A stretch of 64,000 nucleotides of DNA from Octopus vulgaris (GCA_951406725.2 OX597841.1:1550001-1614000), one strand, 5' to 3'; numbered from the stretch's first letter, positions 1 through 11,414 are shown. The notes: a model not told the origin generated them from the letters alone. Made by a program: numbers and translations.

Positions 1-152
1 GTTTAACTTCGGTCCTTCCATTAGACTCCTCACTCATATCATTATTGATCTGACCAAGAGTTTAACTACAGTCCTTCCATAAGCACTTACACAATGTTAC
101 CTGTCACCTTTGGCCTTCTGGATACCAATACTTCTCATATATGAATGTATAT

Positions 153-556
153 ATTTCTTTACTGCTCACAAGGGGCTAAACATAGAGGGGACAAACAAGG
201 ACGAAGGAATTACAATGACCCCAGCTGCAAAACTGGTACTTTATTTATCAACCTCGAAAGGATGAAAGGCAAAGTCAACCTCGGCGGAATTTGAACTCAG
301 AACGTAAAGACAGATGAAATACCTATTTCTTTACCACCCACAAGGGGCTAAACACAGAGGGGACAAACAAGGACAGACATAGGTATTAAGTCGATTACAT
401 CGACCCCAGTGCGTAACTGGTACTTTATTTATCGACCCCGAAAGGATGAAAGGCAAAGTCGACCTCGGCGGAATTTGAACTCAGCACATAACGACAGACG
501 AAATACTGCTAAACATTTCGCCCAGCGCGCCATCGTTTCTGCCAGCTCGCCGCCTT
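153..556 (-). mobile_element. tRNA-derived SINE type A, internally dimeric copy
   Basis: Reverse complement of the head GGCGGCGAGCTGGCAGAAACG, a B-box-like GAGTTCAAATTCC and the core AGGTCGACTTTGCCTTTCATCCTTTCGGGGTCGAT. The core+tail segment is present twice. Same family as 46659-46875 and the 47934-52590 array. Confidence 0.85.
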
Positions 557-900
557 TTATGAATGTATATGTACACACACACGCTGAGCGTTTTCCTACT
601 AGTGTCCACCAAATCCACTCCCCAGGGACAAATATTGATGCTTAGAGCCCAATATTTCTTGATATTTTCTTCTTCCTCTCTCTATCTATGGAAGAATACT
701 AAGTTTACACTCCGACTAAGTGTGAAGGGTTTTCATCAAAAACTGGCCCTTTCTTGGTTTGTTTGTTTGTTTATTGATTTAAAAAAATTTTGTTGCTATT
801 ATTATTATTATTATCAACATCATCATCATTATTATCTTTATTATTATTGTTTTCCACATTTTTTTTTTTGCCTTTTTGATTTTTTTTTTTTGTTGGCTAG

Positions 901-934
901 TCTTCAACAAACAACATCAGACCTCTTAGTGAAG
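901..934 (+). CDS. candidate 34-nt internal coding exon of an unidentified gene
   Basis: Long T tract then GGCTAG acceptor ending at 900; donor AAG|GTAAAT at 934/935. Reads (x)LQQTTSDLLVK (ends phase 0) or SSTNNIRPLSE+G (ends phase 1). Confidence 0.5.
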
Positions 935-984
935 GTAAATAGAGAAGGAAGTATTTCATTTGTTTATTCATGTTTCATATTCTA

Positions 985-1197
985 AGATGTGTGTGTGTGT
1001 GTGTGTGTGTGAATACACTTGTATGTGTGTGCATGTGTGTGTGTTATACATATTTATATCCTTATATACATGCATATGCTATGTATATTTATATGCATAC
1101 ACACGCACAGATACATACATACATACATATATATATATACACACATACATATATATATACATACATACATATATATACACATACATATATATATGTG

Positions 1198-1230
<33 letters not shown>

Positions 1231-1234
1231 ATAC

Positions 1235-1305
<71 letters not shown>

Positions 1306-1341
1306 GAAACAGTTTTAATTTGGTTTATCCATTCAATCATA

Positions 1342-1403
<62 letters not shown>

Positions 1404-1445
1404 ATATATGTGTGTGTGTGTATATATTAATACATATGTGTGTTC
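985..1445. repeat. compound (TG)n/(CATA)n/(TA)n microsatellite
   Basis: Seen directly; representative of dozens of similar tracts across the window. Confidence 0.95.
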
Positions 1446-1720
1446 ATGTTGTCATTTCTCTGGTTTCATTTGACATGGGTTGTTTTTTTGTGTTTGTTTA
1501 AAATGCTCTTGGCTTCATAATTCTTCCTCTGATACTTACTTCACTATATACACACACGCACACATACACTAAAACCGGAAAAAAACTAATCCAGAATCGT
1601 TGTCCGGTACTGGATTGATCCAAAAATCTAATCAATTCACGCCAGTAATGAGGCCAAACATCCCTGAAATTTTCCATCCAGCAGTTCTTGAGCTATCCAG
1701 ATTTCTGAGTACCTCATTTC

Positions 1721-1757
<37 letters not shown>

Positions 1758-1834
1758 GTATGTGTATATATATATATAAATCAGAAATATTAAATTTCTA
1801 AATCTCTCATAGAGATATGTACGGTGGTAGGGCG

Positions 1835-2029
1835 ATAGAGTGGTTGTATACTGTCAACTTAACATGACAGTAGGGGATTACAGCACCGCTGTTTAACCCT
1901 AGGAAGCATCAACGCTTCCTGTCGGCTTCGACACATTTAAGCCGACAGGAAGCGTCAATGCTTCCTATGGCTAAACAGCGGTGCCGTAATCCCCTACTGT
2001 CACATTCAGTTGACAGTATACAACCACTC

Positions 2030-2032
<3 letters not shown>
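1835..2032. mobile_element. fold-back element with ~94-bp arms and a 10-nt loop, beside (TA)n
   Basis: ATAGAGTGGTTGTATACTGTCAACT...GTCGGCTT, loop CGACACATTT, then AAGCCGAC...AGTTGACAGTATACAACCACTCTAT. Confidence 0.7.
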
Positions 2033-2064
<32 letters not shown>

Positions 2065-2123
2065 ATGTATATATGTATATATATATATATATATATATAC
2101 ATATATACATACACATATATATG

Positions 2124-2156
<33 letters not shown>

Positions 2157-2701
2157 ATGTGTGTGTGTGTACTAGCTGGCCCCATGCCGTCAAAACTAAT
2201 GGCTAATTGTAGAATTTGTTATTGAAAGAATGCTGGTTCACACATACAAACATTTACATACTTCTCTTGTCCATGCACATACATACATACATATACTCAC
2301 ACAGAGTTGAAACGCTGTTTGATTTTTTTTTCACCATAGAATTTCCATCATCCCACTACCAGTTTGCCGTCCCCCCTTATTCATCTATCACCCCTTCCTT
2401 TCTCATTCATATGTTGTGATGGAGAAAAACACAAGAGTACTATTATTATTATTATTATTATTATTGTAGATATTCATCTGTCTCTATTTTCTTATTGAAC
2501 GATTGTTTTACAATGAAGTGTCATCTCTTTTAAGTACAGTTTTGTCAAAGACGAAATGCTGACAAACATCATCGTCTGTAGCTTAGTGATTTTCATGTGA
2601 AGCAAAGAATGTATTTTTGACATAGACATACATACACACACACACACACACAAGTTTTATGCAATTTCTACCCATCAAATTCACCTCCAAGACAATGCTC
2701 A

Positions 2702-2858
2702 GTCACATGTTTTTATAAATCATATATCAGCGCTTACCTCCACTCTAGTGGAGTCATCAGATTGAACTTTTTCTGGCATTTTGTCTCTTTTTATAGTATT
2801 ATTGAGTGTGTAGGAGTGGACGCAAGCGCTAATATATGATTTATGAAAATATGTGACA
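2702..2858. mobile_element. short inverted-repeat element with a degenerate hammerhead-like motif
   Basis: Arms GTCACATGTTTTTATAAATCATATATCAGCGCTT and AAGCGCTAATATATGATTTATGAAAATATGTGAC. Minus strand reads CTGATGA CTCCAC TAGA GTGGAG GTAA GCGC T. Confidence 0.55.
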
Positions 2859-3167
2859 TCATCATCATCATCATCATCGTTTAACGTCCGTTCTCCATGC
2901 TAACATCCGTTCTCCATGCTAACATGGGCTGCACCAGGCTCCGGTCTTATCTGGCAATGTTTCTACAGCTGGATGCCCTTCCTAATGCCAACCACTCCGT
3001 GAATGTAGTGGGTGCTTTTTACGTGCCACCTGCACTGGTGCCAGGCGAAGTTGGCATCGGCCACGGTCGGATTGGTGCATTTTACATGCCACCTGCACGG
3101 AAGCCAGTAGAAGCGGCACTGGCTTCGGCCACGATTCGGATGGTGCTTTTTACGTGCCACCAACACG
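2859..3167 (-). mobile_element. SINE type C with an RTE-like 3' tail
   Basis: (CAT)n-CGTTTAACGTCC tail, GGATGCCCTTCCTAA motif and internal repeats of TTTTACGTGCCACC. Homologous to 28385-28685 and 46040-46500. Confidence 0.75.
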
Positions 3168-4253
3168 GAAAATTAATAAATATCTGTAAATATAAAACCA
3201 TCAAGGCACTTGCTCAAGGAGTAATGCAATGGAAATGAACCTGGAACCATGGGGTGCAAAGCAAGCTTCTTATTCTCTCAGTCATACCAGTCACATCTTT
3301 ACCTGTCTACCTAGTTATCTTTATCACTCAGTCTCTCTATCTCTCTGTAGATAGACCGACAGACAGACAGACAGACAGATAGATACATTGAGTGAGTGAT
3401 TGATTGATTGACTGATTGACTGACTGACTGACTGACTGACTGACTGACTGACTGACTGACAGACTGATTGATTGATTGATTGATAGATATAGATAAATTG
3501 AGTGGGTGTGTGAGTGAGTGATTGATAGATTGATAAATAGATAGATAGATTGAGAGAGATTTATTGATTGGTTGATTGATTGATTGATAGATACATTGAT
3601 AGATAGATTGATTGATTGACTGATTGATAGATTGATTGATTGATAAATAGATAGAGATAGATAGATTGATTGATTGACTGACTAATTGATAGATTAATTG
3701 ATTGATTGATTGATAGATAGATAGATGAATAAATCGATTGATAGATATATGGATAGATAGATAGACAGATAGATCATCATAATTATCATTGTCATCCTCA
3801 TTGAACATCCTTTCCATGCATGCTTGGTTCAGAAAGAATTTGTCGAGGCAGATTTTCTGTGGCTGGGTGCCATTCCTGTCACCCAACCCTCACCTGTTTC
3901 CAAGCAAAATAATATTTTCCTAAAAAATTAGACAAGTTCTTCTTGGAAGACGGCAAATGAAGAACCTTGCTCCCATGACATTGATGCTATTTTACAGCCA
4001 TTACACAATGCCAAGTCAACAATACACAAAAGCACACACACACACTCACAAAGCAGACACATACACACACACACAAAATCACACACGTACACACACACAT
4101 ACTCACAAAAGTAGACACAGACACACACAAAAGCACACACATACACTCACAGAAGCAGACACACACACTCACTCACAAAAGCAGACACACACACACATAC
4201 ACACACACATACTCACATAGTGGGGAGGACAAACACACACACACACATGTATG

Positions 4254-4297
<44 letters not shown>

Positions 4298-4309
4298 CAC
4301 ACACACACG

Positions 4310-4335
<26 letters not shown>

Positions 4336-4341
<6 letters not shown>

Positions 4342-4670
4342 TATATACATATATACGATGGGCTTCTTTCAGTTTCCATCTACCAAATCCACTCACAAGG
4401 CTTTGGTCAGCTTGAGGCTTTAGTAGAAGACACTTGCTCAAGGTGCCACACAGTGGGACTGAACCCAGGACCATGTGGTTGGGAAGCAAGCTTCTTACCA
4501 CACAGCCACTTCTAGACTTCCACACAGTTTCCATTTACAAAAATCCACTCAGGAAGCATTGGTCAGCCCAGGGGCTATAATGGAAGACATTTGTCCAAGG
4601 TGACATGAAGTGGGATTGACCCCAAAAGCATGGGATTGCAAAATGATCTTCTTAACTCCACAGCCATGCC
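4336..4670 (-). mobile_element. SINE type B head/core modules (two, the second older)
   Basis: Reverse complement of GTGGCTGTGTGGTAAG...GGTTCAGTCCCACTG...CCTTG(G/A)GCAAGTGTCTTCTACT. Confidence 0.8.
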
Positions 4671-4800
4671 TACACAGGCGCTAGTGTAGCTAGAGTGTGT
4701 GCCGCCCAGGGCGGCCCTTCCGCTTGCTGCCTCTCAAAAAACATTTACTGCCTACAGCAGATCCAAAAGGGCCGCTCCCTTTAAAAGTACTGCCCTTTAA

Positions 4801-4871
4801 CTACTACTACTACTACAATAACCACCACCACCACTACTACTGCTACTACTACAATGACAACAACCACCATC

Positions 4872-4903
<32 letters not shown>

Positions 4904-5084
4904 AATAACTACTACCACCACCACCACCACTACTACTACTACAATAACCACCACCACCACCACTACTACTACAATGACAACAACCACCATCACTACCACC
5001 ACCACCACTACTACTACTACAATAACCACCACCACTACTACTGCTACTACTACAATGACAACAACCACCATCACCACCACAATC

Positions 5085-5131
<47 letters not shown>

Positions 5132-5625
5132 ATTAACCACCACCACTACTACTGCTACTACTACAATGACAACAACCACCATCACCACCACAATCACTAC
5201 CACCACCACCACCACTACTACTACTACTACTGCTACTACTACTACCAATAACCACTACTACTGCTACTACTACAATGACAACAACCACCATCACCACCAC
5301 AATCACTACCACCACCACTACTACTACTACTACAATAACTACTACCACAACCATCACCACTACTACTACTACAATTACAACAACCACCATCACCACCACC
5401 ACCACTACTATTACTACTACTACTACTACTACCACCACCACCACCACTGCTACTACTACTTCTACTACTACTACTTCTACTACTACTACTACTTCTACTA
5501 CTACTACTTCTACTACTACTACTATTACTACTACTACTACTACCTCTACTACTTCTACCACTACTACTGTTGCTGCTGCTGCTGTTGCTGTCGCTGCTGC
5601 TGCTATTGTTGTTGTTGTTGTTGTT
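4801..5625. repeat. (CTA)n/(CAC)n trinucleotide minisatellite with higher-order units
   Basis: The unit TACTGCTACTACTACAATGACAACAACCACCATCAC recurs several times. Source of the poly-T/Y/H/V ORFs. Confidence 0.9.
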
Positions 5626-6343
5626 GGTGTGTCACTGTTCTATATTTATTCATTTTTTTCCCCCAGTATTTCTCGACAGATTTAAAGAACTCTAAACAAG
5701 CTCATCATATCACAACTACCACCACCACCACCACCACCACCACAACCACCACCACCATCTCATCTACCATTACACAATACTCCACTGCTGCCTATACTAC
5801 TGTCACTGCTACAAATACCCCTGCTTCACTCATTTAACTAAAGCTTTTACTACTACTACCACCACCACCACTACCACCACCACTACCACCACTACTACCA
5901 CTACCACCACCACCACTACTACTATTACTACCACCATCACTACTGCTGCTGCTGCTACTACTACTACCACCACCACTACCACCACCACCATCACAACAAC
6001 CCTTACACCCTTGCACCACCATCACCGCTAGCAACAGCAACAACAGGGTCTCTACAACAACAAACATCAAAATGCTGTTTCTCTATGTGGCAGCTAGAAA
6101 TAGCAGCCAAACTTCCCCTCGTGTGCCGTGCCGCCATATTTGTCTTACAGAAGGAAGAACACATTAGATAATGAAGTCCTCGGTAGATCCGATAAGAGTT
6201 GGAGTCCAGCAAGGACTTTGACCCGGAGTCCAGAAAGTTGGGTGGTCTGTGAATACCTGAGAGGCCCACCCCTACCCCTACACACATTACATACGCACCT
6301 TCCTTAAAAAGACAAACCTAAAGAATTAAAGGTCCCTGGAATT

Positions 6344-6527
6344 TTAATCCTTTAGCCTTCGGGTTATTCTGTCAAATGTAAAGCTTCTTTCATTTACATT
6401 GTTTTGAATTAATCATGCATTATCTCATAGCTTTGAGATTTCATTGATGTACTTGTTTATTTTTACAATGGCATTGTGGGAAAGGTAAGAGAGGCCTGAT
6501 CTGGGCGGCTTAAATGCGAAAGAATTG
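6344..6527. mobile_element. degenerate TTAA-flanked piggyBac-like MITE
   Basis: TTAATCCTTTAGC...GCGAAAGAATTGA resembles decayed TTAA-CCC...GGG-TTAA termini. Confidence 0.4.
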
Positions 6528-6933
6528 AGAAGACATCCCATCACCATTTCTCGCGTTCTGCAAACAGTTTTGGTCGATGTAACGAAATTTCTTCGTGGGC
6601 CTCAGGCCTAGAAACGCTATGTCTGAATCTACGATGGGACTGTCGTGATTGGAAGCAGGTTTGATCATATGACTCTTTGGTTTGGTTTGGGTTGACATGG
6701 GGAGAGAATAACATCTGACAGCAAACATCGTTGGAAAGAGCCTTTGAGGAGGCCTGGAATTGGTTTCTGGACCTTTATAGGGAGACATTGTGCATTGTGT
6801 GGACACATGAAGTAGACGGGAGTTAGTGAATGTAAATGAAATAACACAGGTTTCAACTTTATAAGCACTCACCCCATCTTTAGAATGGAATTACAATCTT
6901 GGTGAGCATATATACATATATATATATATATAG

Positions 6934-7334
6934 AATTATAATAAGGGTTTTTTGCAACAAGTTGCTTAGACCTCATACTGAAAATATTAGAAATAGCAGT
7001 CAAAGGGCTACCATTTCTATAACTACAAAAATAAGCCTCCACAAACGACCTTATTTGTAACTCATATATGGTAAAAGGAGAAGGAAAATAATGAAACGAC
7101 ACAGTCTACTGGATTACAAATACGGTTGTTTGTGAAGGCTTATTTTTGTAGTAATAGAAATGGTAGCCCTTTGACTGCTATTTCTAATATTTTCAGTATG
7201 ACGTTTAAGCAACTTGTTGCAAAAAACCCTTATTATAATTATATTAATTTTTACCGAATATGGTCCTTTCCATACCGAAAGACTACTAGGTGAAATTTAT
7301 TGATTTTATTAAATTAATTATATTTCACCCTTTA

Positions 7335-7336
<2 letters not shown>
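6934..7336. mobile_element. fold-back element with ~130-bp arms, between (TA)n tracts
   Basis: AATTATAATAAGGGTTTTTTGCAACAAGTTGCTTA...TATTTGTAA (6934-7061) is the reverse complement of 7111-7242. Confidence 0.7.
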
Positions 7337-7369
<33 letters not shown>

Positions 7370-7370
<1 letters not shown>

Positions 7371-7593
7371 TACCGGAGTAAACACATAAATGTGAAACAA
7401 GGTGGAACAAAGAGTACTCAAATACCAGTGGTAGAGTAATATGCTTTATTTAAAGCAGCAGAAAATTCAACAAAATCTGTATGAGTTTCGTTGCCGTTCA
7501 TCAGACAGTTTTTGCTAGAAAAACTGTCTGATGAATGGCAACGAGAAACTCAGAGTAACAGATTTTGTTGAATTTTCTGCTGCTTTAAATAAA

Positions 7594-7599
<6 letters not shown>
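7370..7599. mobile_element. palindromic hammerhead-bearing element (family also at 22618-22840 and 30300-30405)
   Basis: Arms centred on TTTTTGCTAGAAAAA; flanked by (TA)n on both sides. Confidence 0.75.
7524..7561 (+). ncRNA. minimal hammerhead ribozyme (weakened stem II)
   Basis: CTGT-CTGATGA-ATG GCAA CGA-GAAA-CTCAGAG-T-A-ACAG: stem I CTGT/ACAG, stem III ACTC(A)GAGT, GUA cleavage triplet. Confidence 0.7.
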
Positions 7600-7634
<35 letters not shown>

Positions 7635-7672
7635 TATATAATATGTATGTATGTATATATATATATTTACAT

Positions 7673-7829
7673 ACGACAGTCTTCTTTCAGTTTCCATCTA
7701 CCAAATCCACTCACAAGGCTTTGGTCGGCTCGAGGCTTTAGTAGAAGACACTTACCCAAGGTGCCACACTGTGGGACTGAACCCAGGACCATATGGTTGG
7801 GAAGCAAGCTTCTTACCACACAGCCACTT
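7673..7829 (-). mobile_element. SINE type B head/core
   Basis: Same module as 43716-43880, in reverse orientation. Confidence 0.85.
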
Positions 7830-8206
7830 CAAGATTAATCAGCCGAAATTGCGAGGATGATCCGGTTCTTGACTGAAGATTGAAGGCTTCGAATGTCCCG
7901 TCCGTGTTTTTTGTATCGTCTTCTAAATGTTTTGCGTTCTTGTCCCAGTTTGTATTTTTTTTACATATATATATATATGTATACAAGAGTGAAAAAGGGA
8001 GACAGAGACAGACTGGAAGATGGAAAATGTCCCTTGCATTTGAAAACTATGGAAATATTCTGAAAAAAACATTTCAATTAATTTTTCCATAATTTGATTG
8101 TTTTCCATGCTTTACTCCAAGTTGAAAAATTTGCATAGACTGAAACCAGTACTAGAATGTTCTTTGTGATAAAATTATTTTAACATTTTCTACCTTGTCT
8201 TATTTT

Positions 8207-8257
<51 letters not shown>

Positions 8258-8263
<6 letters not shown>

Positions 8264-8572
8264 GGGAGTATGGTTCCAAACTTACAGGCAAAAATTAGAT
8301 TTAAGATTAAATCAAATTTCACAGTATAAATATATAAAATATAAAATATGAATTAGAGATAAAACCACTATTAGGCAACTCAAACAGTAATAGACATAAA
8401 CCAATACATAAATAACAAATAATATAAATATAATTAATATAATATATATATATAATATATAAAACTCAGAGTTTTATCTTGACTATTGAGTACTTGTAAC
8501 ATATTATTTTATAGATAAATTTCCTCTATTTACATAATATTGAGGTCTCTTTCTTTCTTTTGTTATCTTACC

Positions 8573-8622
<50 letters not shown>

Positions 8623-8910
8623 TAAATTAGAGATAAAACCACTATTAGGCAAATCAAACAATGAAAAACATAAGCCAATACATAAAATTAATTAATTTAT
8701 ATTATTTTAAATATATATCAAAAGTATTAAAAGTTTAATAAGAGATAAAGAGTAAAACACTACGATCGTTTCATGGCTGTACAATTCGTAATAATTTGAG
8801 TTATGGTTACAGTCAATCTTCAGGTAATTGAAATATTTATATTAGCGAAGTTTAGCAATTTTTTTTTTTAATTTTGATTTGCCTAATAGTGGTTTGATCT
8901 CTAATTCATT
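8258..8910. mobile_element. two (TA)n-embedded Penelope-pLTR-like fragments
   Basis: End motif AATTAGAGATAAAACCACTATTAGGCAA at ~8351 and ~8625, inverted at ~8880-8906 and ~31375-31397. The start AGGGAGTATGGTTCCAAACTTA is shared with ~22198. Confidence 0.6.
8758..8826 (-). ncRNA. hammerhead ribozyme with a long stem II
   Basis: Minus strand TAC-CTGAAGA-TTGACTGTA...TACAGCCAT-GAAA-CGATCG-T-A-GTG; palindromic stem III ACGATCGT. Confidence 0.7.
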
Positions 8911-8950
<40 letters not shown>

Positions 8951-9114
8951 ACAAATTCAGTCACATTTCATTTACGATCCCTTCCTTTATTTTTACCTTC
9001 TCTCCCACATTTTTCTCTCTTTCCCCTATTTTGTATTTCATTCTGTTTATTATATTTCTCACATTTTCTCTAAATATTCTTTCTTTTTTTGTTGTTTTCT
9101 TTTCCAAATTCCAG

Positions 9115-9447
9115 AAGGCTCTGAAGAACTCGATAAGCTATGAACCAACCCAGGAACGTAAAAAAGCTGCTGTGAAATCTTCCACTTGGAAAAGAGGATT
9201 TGCTCATTTTTTGAAAAAAAAGCGTACAAAGCGTTACCCTAGTAACAACAATAACGACTCTGCCAACTCTTGCCACCTGACGGCCACCACCAATAACAGC
9301 CACACCACTAGCCCGGTCTCCAAATCCGCACCGTTTTGTTTAGATGCTGACAACATGAACCTAAAAGATCCAGAGAGTTTGTCTAGTGTATCCCCGGCAT
9401 CAGCAATACTTGCAAACACAGGTAGCTTCTTTCCACCTGTTTATTAG
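9115..9447 (+). CDS. coding exon (terminal, or internal if the donor at 9421/9422 is used) of an unidentified protein
   Basis: Polypyrimidine tract and CCAG acceptor at 9114, then 110 stop-free, non-repetitive codons KALKNSISYE...STWKRGFAHFLKKKRTKR...SFFPPVY*. In frame with phase 0 of exon 901-934. Possible donor CAG|GTAGCT. Confidence 0.6.
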   Translation, partial: KALKNSISYEPTQERKKAAVKSSTWKRGFAHFLKKKRTKRYPSNNNNDSANSCHLTATTNNSHTTSPVSKSAPFCLDADNMNLKDPESLSSVSPASAILANTGSFFPPVY

Positions 9448-9483
9448 TAGAATAGTAGTGATGACCAGACATGTTGTCAGTGT

Positions 9484-9514
<31 letters not shown>

Positions 9515-9600
9515 GAAATGTTGAATCTATCCGTGTCTGTCTTTGTGGGTATGTATGTGTATGTGTGTATGCTTATAACTATCTATCTATCTATTTATAA

Positions 9601-9639
<39 letters not shown>

Positions 9640-9707
9640 TATATGTGTGTGTGTGTACATATATATATATAAAGATATATATGTGTACATATATATATAT
9701 ATATGTA

Positions 9708-9746
<39 letters not shown>

Positions 9747-9747
<1 letters not shown>

Positions 9748-10090
9748 AACAATTGCAGTGTGGAAGATGTTTGTAAGCCATTTAAGAAACACAAAAAACG
9801 TTCGATTCACTTCAACATTTAAGTTTAATTTGTCAAAATATTTTCGTCGCTTTAAGACTGCAACCTGTTCACTGACGAAAATATGACAGAGATGCAGCAC
9901 ATATTTTTGTCAGTGAAGAGGTCGCGGTCTTAAAGCGATGAAAATATTTTGACAAATTAAACTTAAATGTTGAAGTGAATCGAACGGCTTTTGTGTGTTT
10001 CTTAAATGGCTTACAAACACCTTCCACGCTGCAATTGTTTTCGCTTCAGCACACGATCTCAGATTAAGTCACTTGCTATGCAAGTACATC
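9747..10090. mobile_element. fold-back element with ~140-bp arms carrying a variant hammerhead
   Basis: AACAATTGCAGTGTGGAAG...GAAAATATG versus CATATTTTTGTC...CTGCAATTGTT; flanked by (TA)n. Confidence 0.75.
9829..9880 (-). ncRNA. hammerhead ribozyme, G3-C8 core variant
   Basis: Minus strand GTCA-GTGAACA-G GTTGC agtcttaaa GCGAC-GAAA-ATAT-T-T-TGAC; stem III AATATT is palindromic. Confidence 0.6.
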
Positions 10091-10137
10091 TCCATAATAT
10101 ATTTATATATGAATATATATATATGTATGTATATATA

Positions 10138-10182
<45 letters not shown>

Positions 10183-10467
10183 ATATATATATGTATGTAT
10201 ATATATATATACACATGCATATTTGAGTATATGTATTTATATCAATAGTTCTATAATATTGGAAGTACAACTGTTGTAATTAAATTGTTTCTTTAATTAG
10301 TGTTTGTCTTTTTTTTTTTATGTATGTATGTATATATAGATAGATAGATATACACACACCATATTTACTCATATATGTCATACTCTATTTTGTTTCAGTT
10401 AAAAACCAAGTATAAAATAATGCAACTTATGCACTAATAAATACAGTATATATATATATATATATAT

Positions 10468-10803
10468 TTGTTGTGCAAGATTTTTTATGTGAAGTCGTGT
10501 GTTGAAACAGATATTGTTATATTTCGGAATGGTCATTTTTTTGCCAGTTTAGCCAATAAAAACACACGCACTATATATTTGGTGTTATTTTGCTTCAGTG
10601 TTATTTATTTATTTTTTACATTAATCTTAAAGACGAAAACAAAGGACCACTGATGTGGTCACAGGAGTGTGACAAAAGAACTCTGGCCGAAATAAAATTA
10701 AGATTAATGTAAAAAAATAAATAACGATGAAGCAGAGTAACACCAAATATATAGTGCGTGTGTTTTTATTGGCTAAACTGGCAAAATGACCATTCCGAAA
10801 TAT

Positions 10804-10807
<4 letters not shown>
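10468..10807. mobile_element. fold-back element with ~112-bp arms and a degenerate hammerhead in the spacer
   Basis: GTTATATTTCGGAATGGTCATTTT...ATCTTAA versus TTAAGAT...ATGACCATTCCGAAATATAAC. Spacer CCA CTGATGT GGTCACA GGAG TGTGAC AAAA GAACTC TGG. Confidence 0.7.
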
Positions 10808-10846
<39 letters not shown>

Positions 10847-10885
10847 CTATATGTATGTATAGATATATTTATATATATATATGTA

Positions 10886-10933
<48 letters not shown>

Positions 10934-11335
10934 AATATGTGTGTATGCATGTGTATATATATACATACACACTCACACAAACGTGTACAAACAAACTCAC
11001 AAGTGTTGTCCTGTAACTAGATACAAGAGTGGACACGACATTTATATTTACTGGCAAGGGCCATTCAAATTGCACATTGGGCCAGAGTAACATTTCTACT
11101 CTAAAAAAAAACTCTCCTCCATCACAAGGGAGGGCCTCTCAATTCTTGAGGGACCAAATTCTTGAATCCTTTTAGGAAAAACATTCAGGCATTCAACTGT
11201 TGTAACCAAGGGTTACGCCGACTTTTGCATTATTTTCAGAACAAAACTTGTGTTTCTCTATATGCATATATGTGTGTGTATGCATGTGTGTTATGTATTA
11301 TATACATGCAATATACACCTATATATGTGTATGTG

Positions 11336-11371
<36 letters not shown>

Positions 11372-11378
11372 AATATAC

Positions 11379-11414
<36 letters not shown>

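Noticed and set aside
6171-6310. Possible exon after TTGTCTTACAG
   Set aside because: It lies within repeat-like sequence, with a short pyrimidine tract and no convincing donor.
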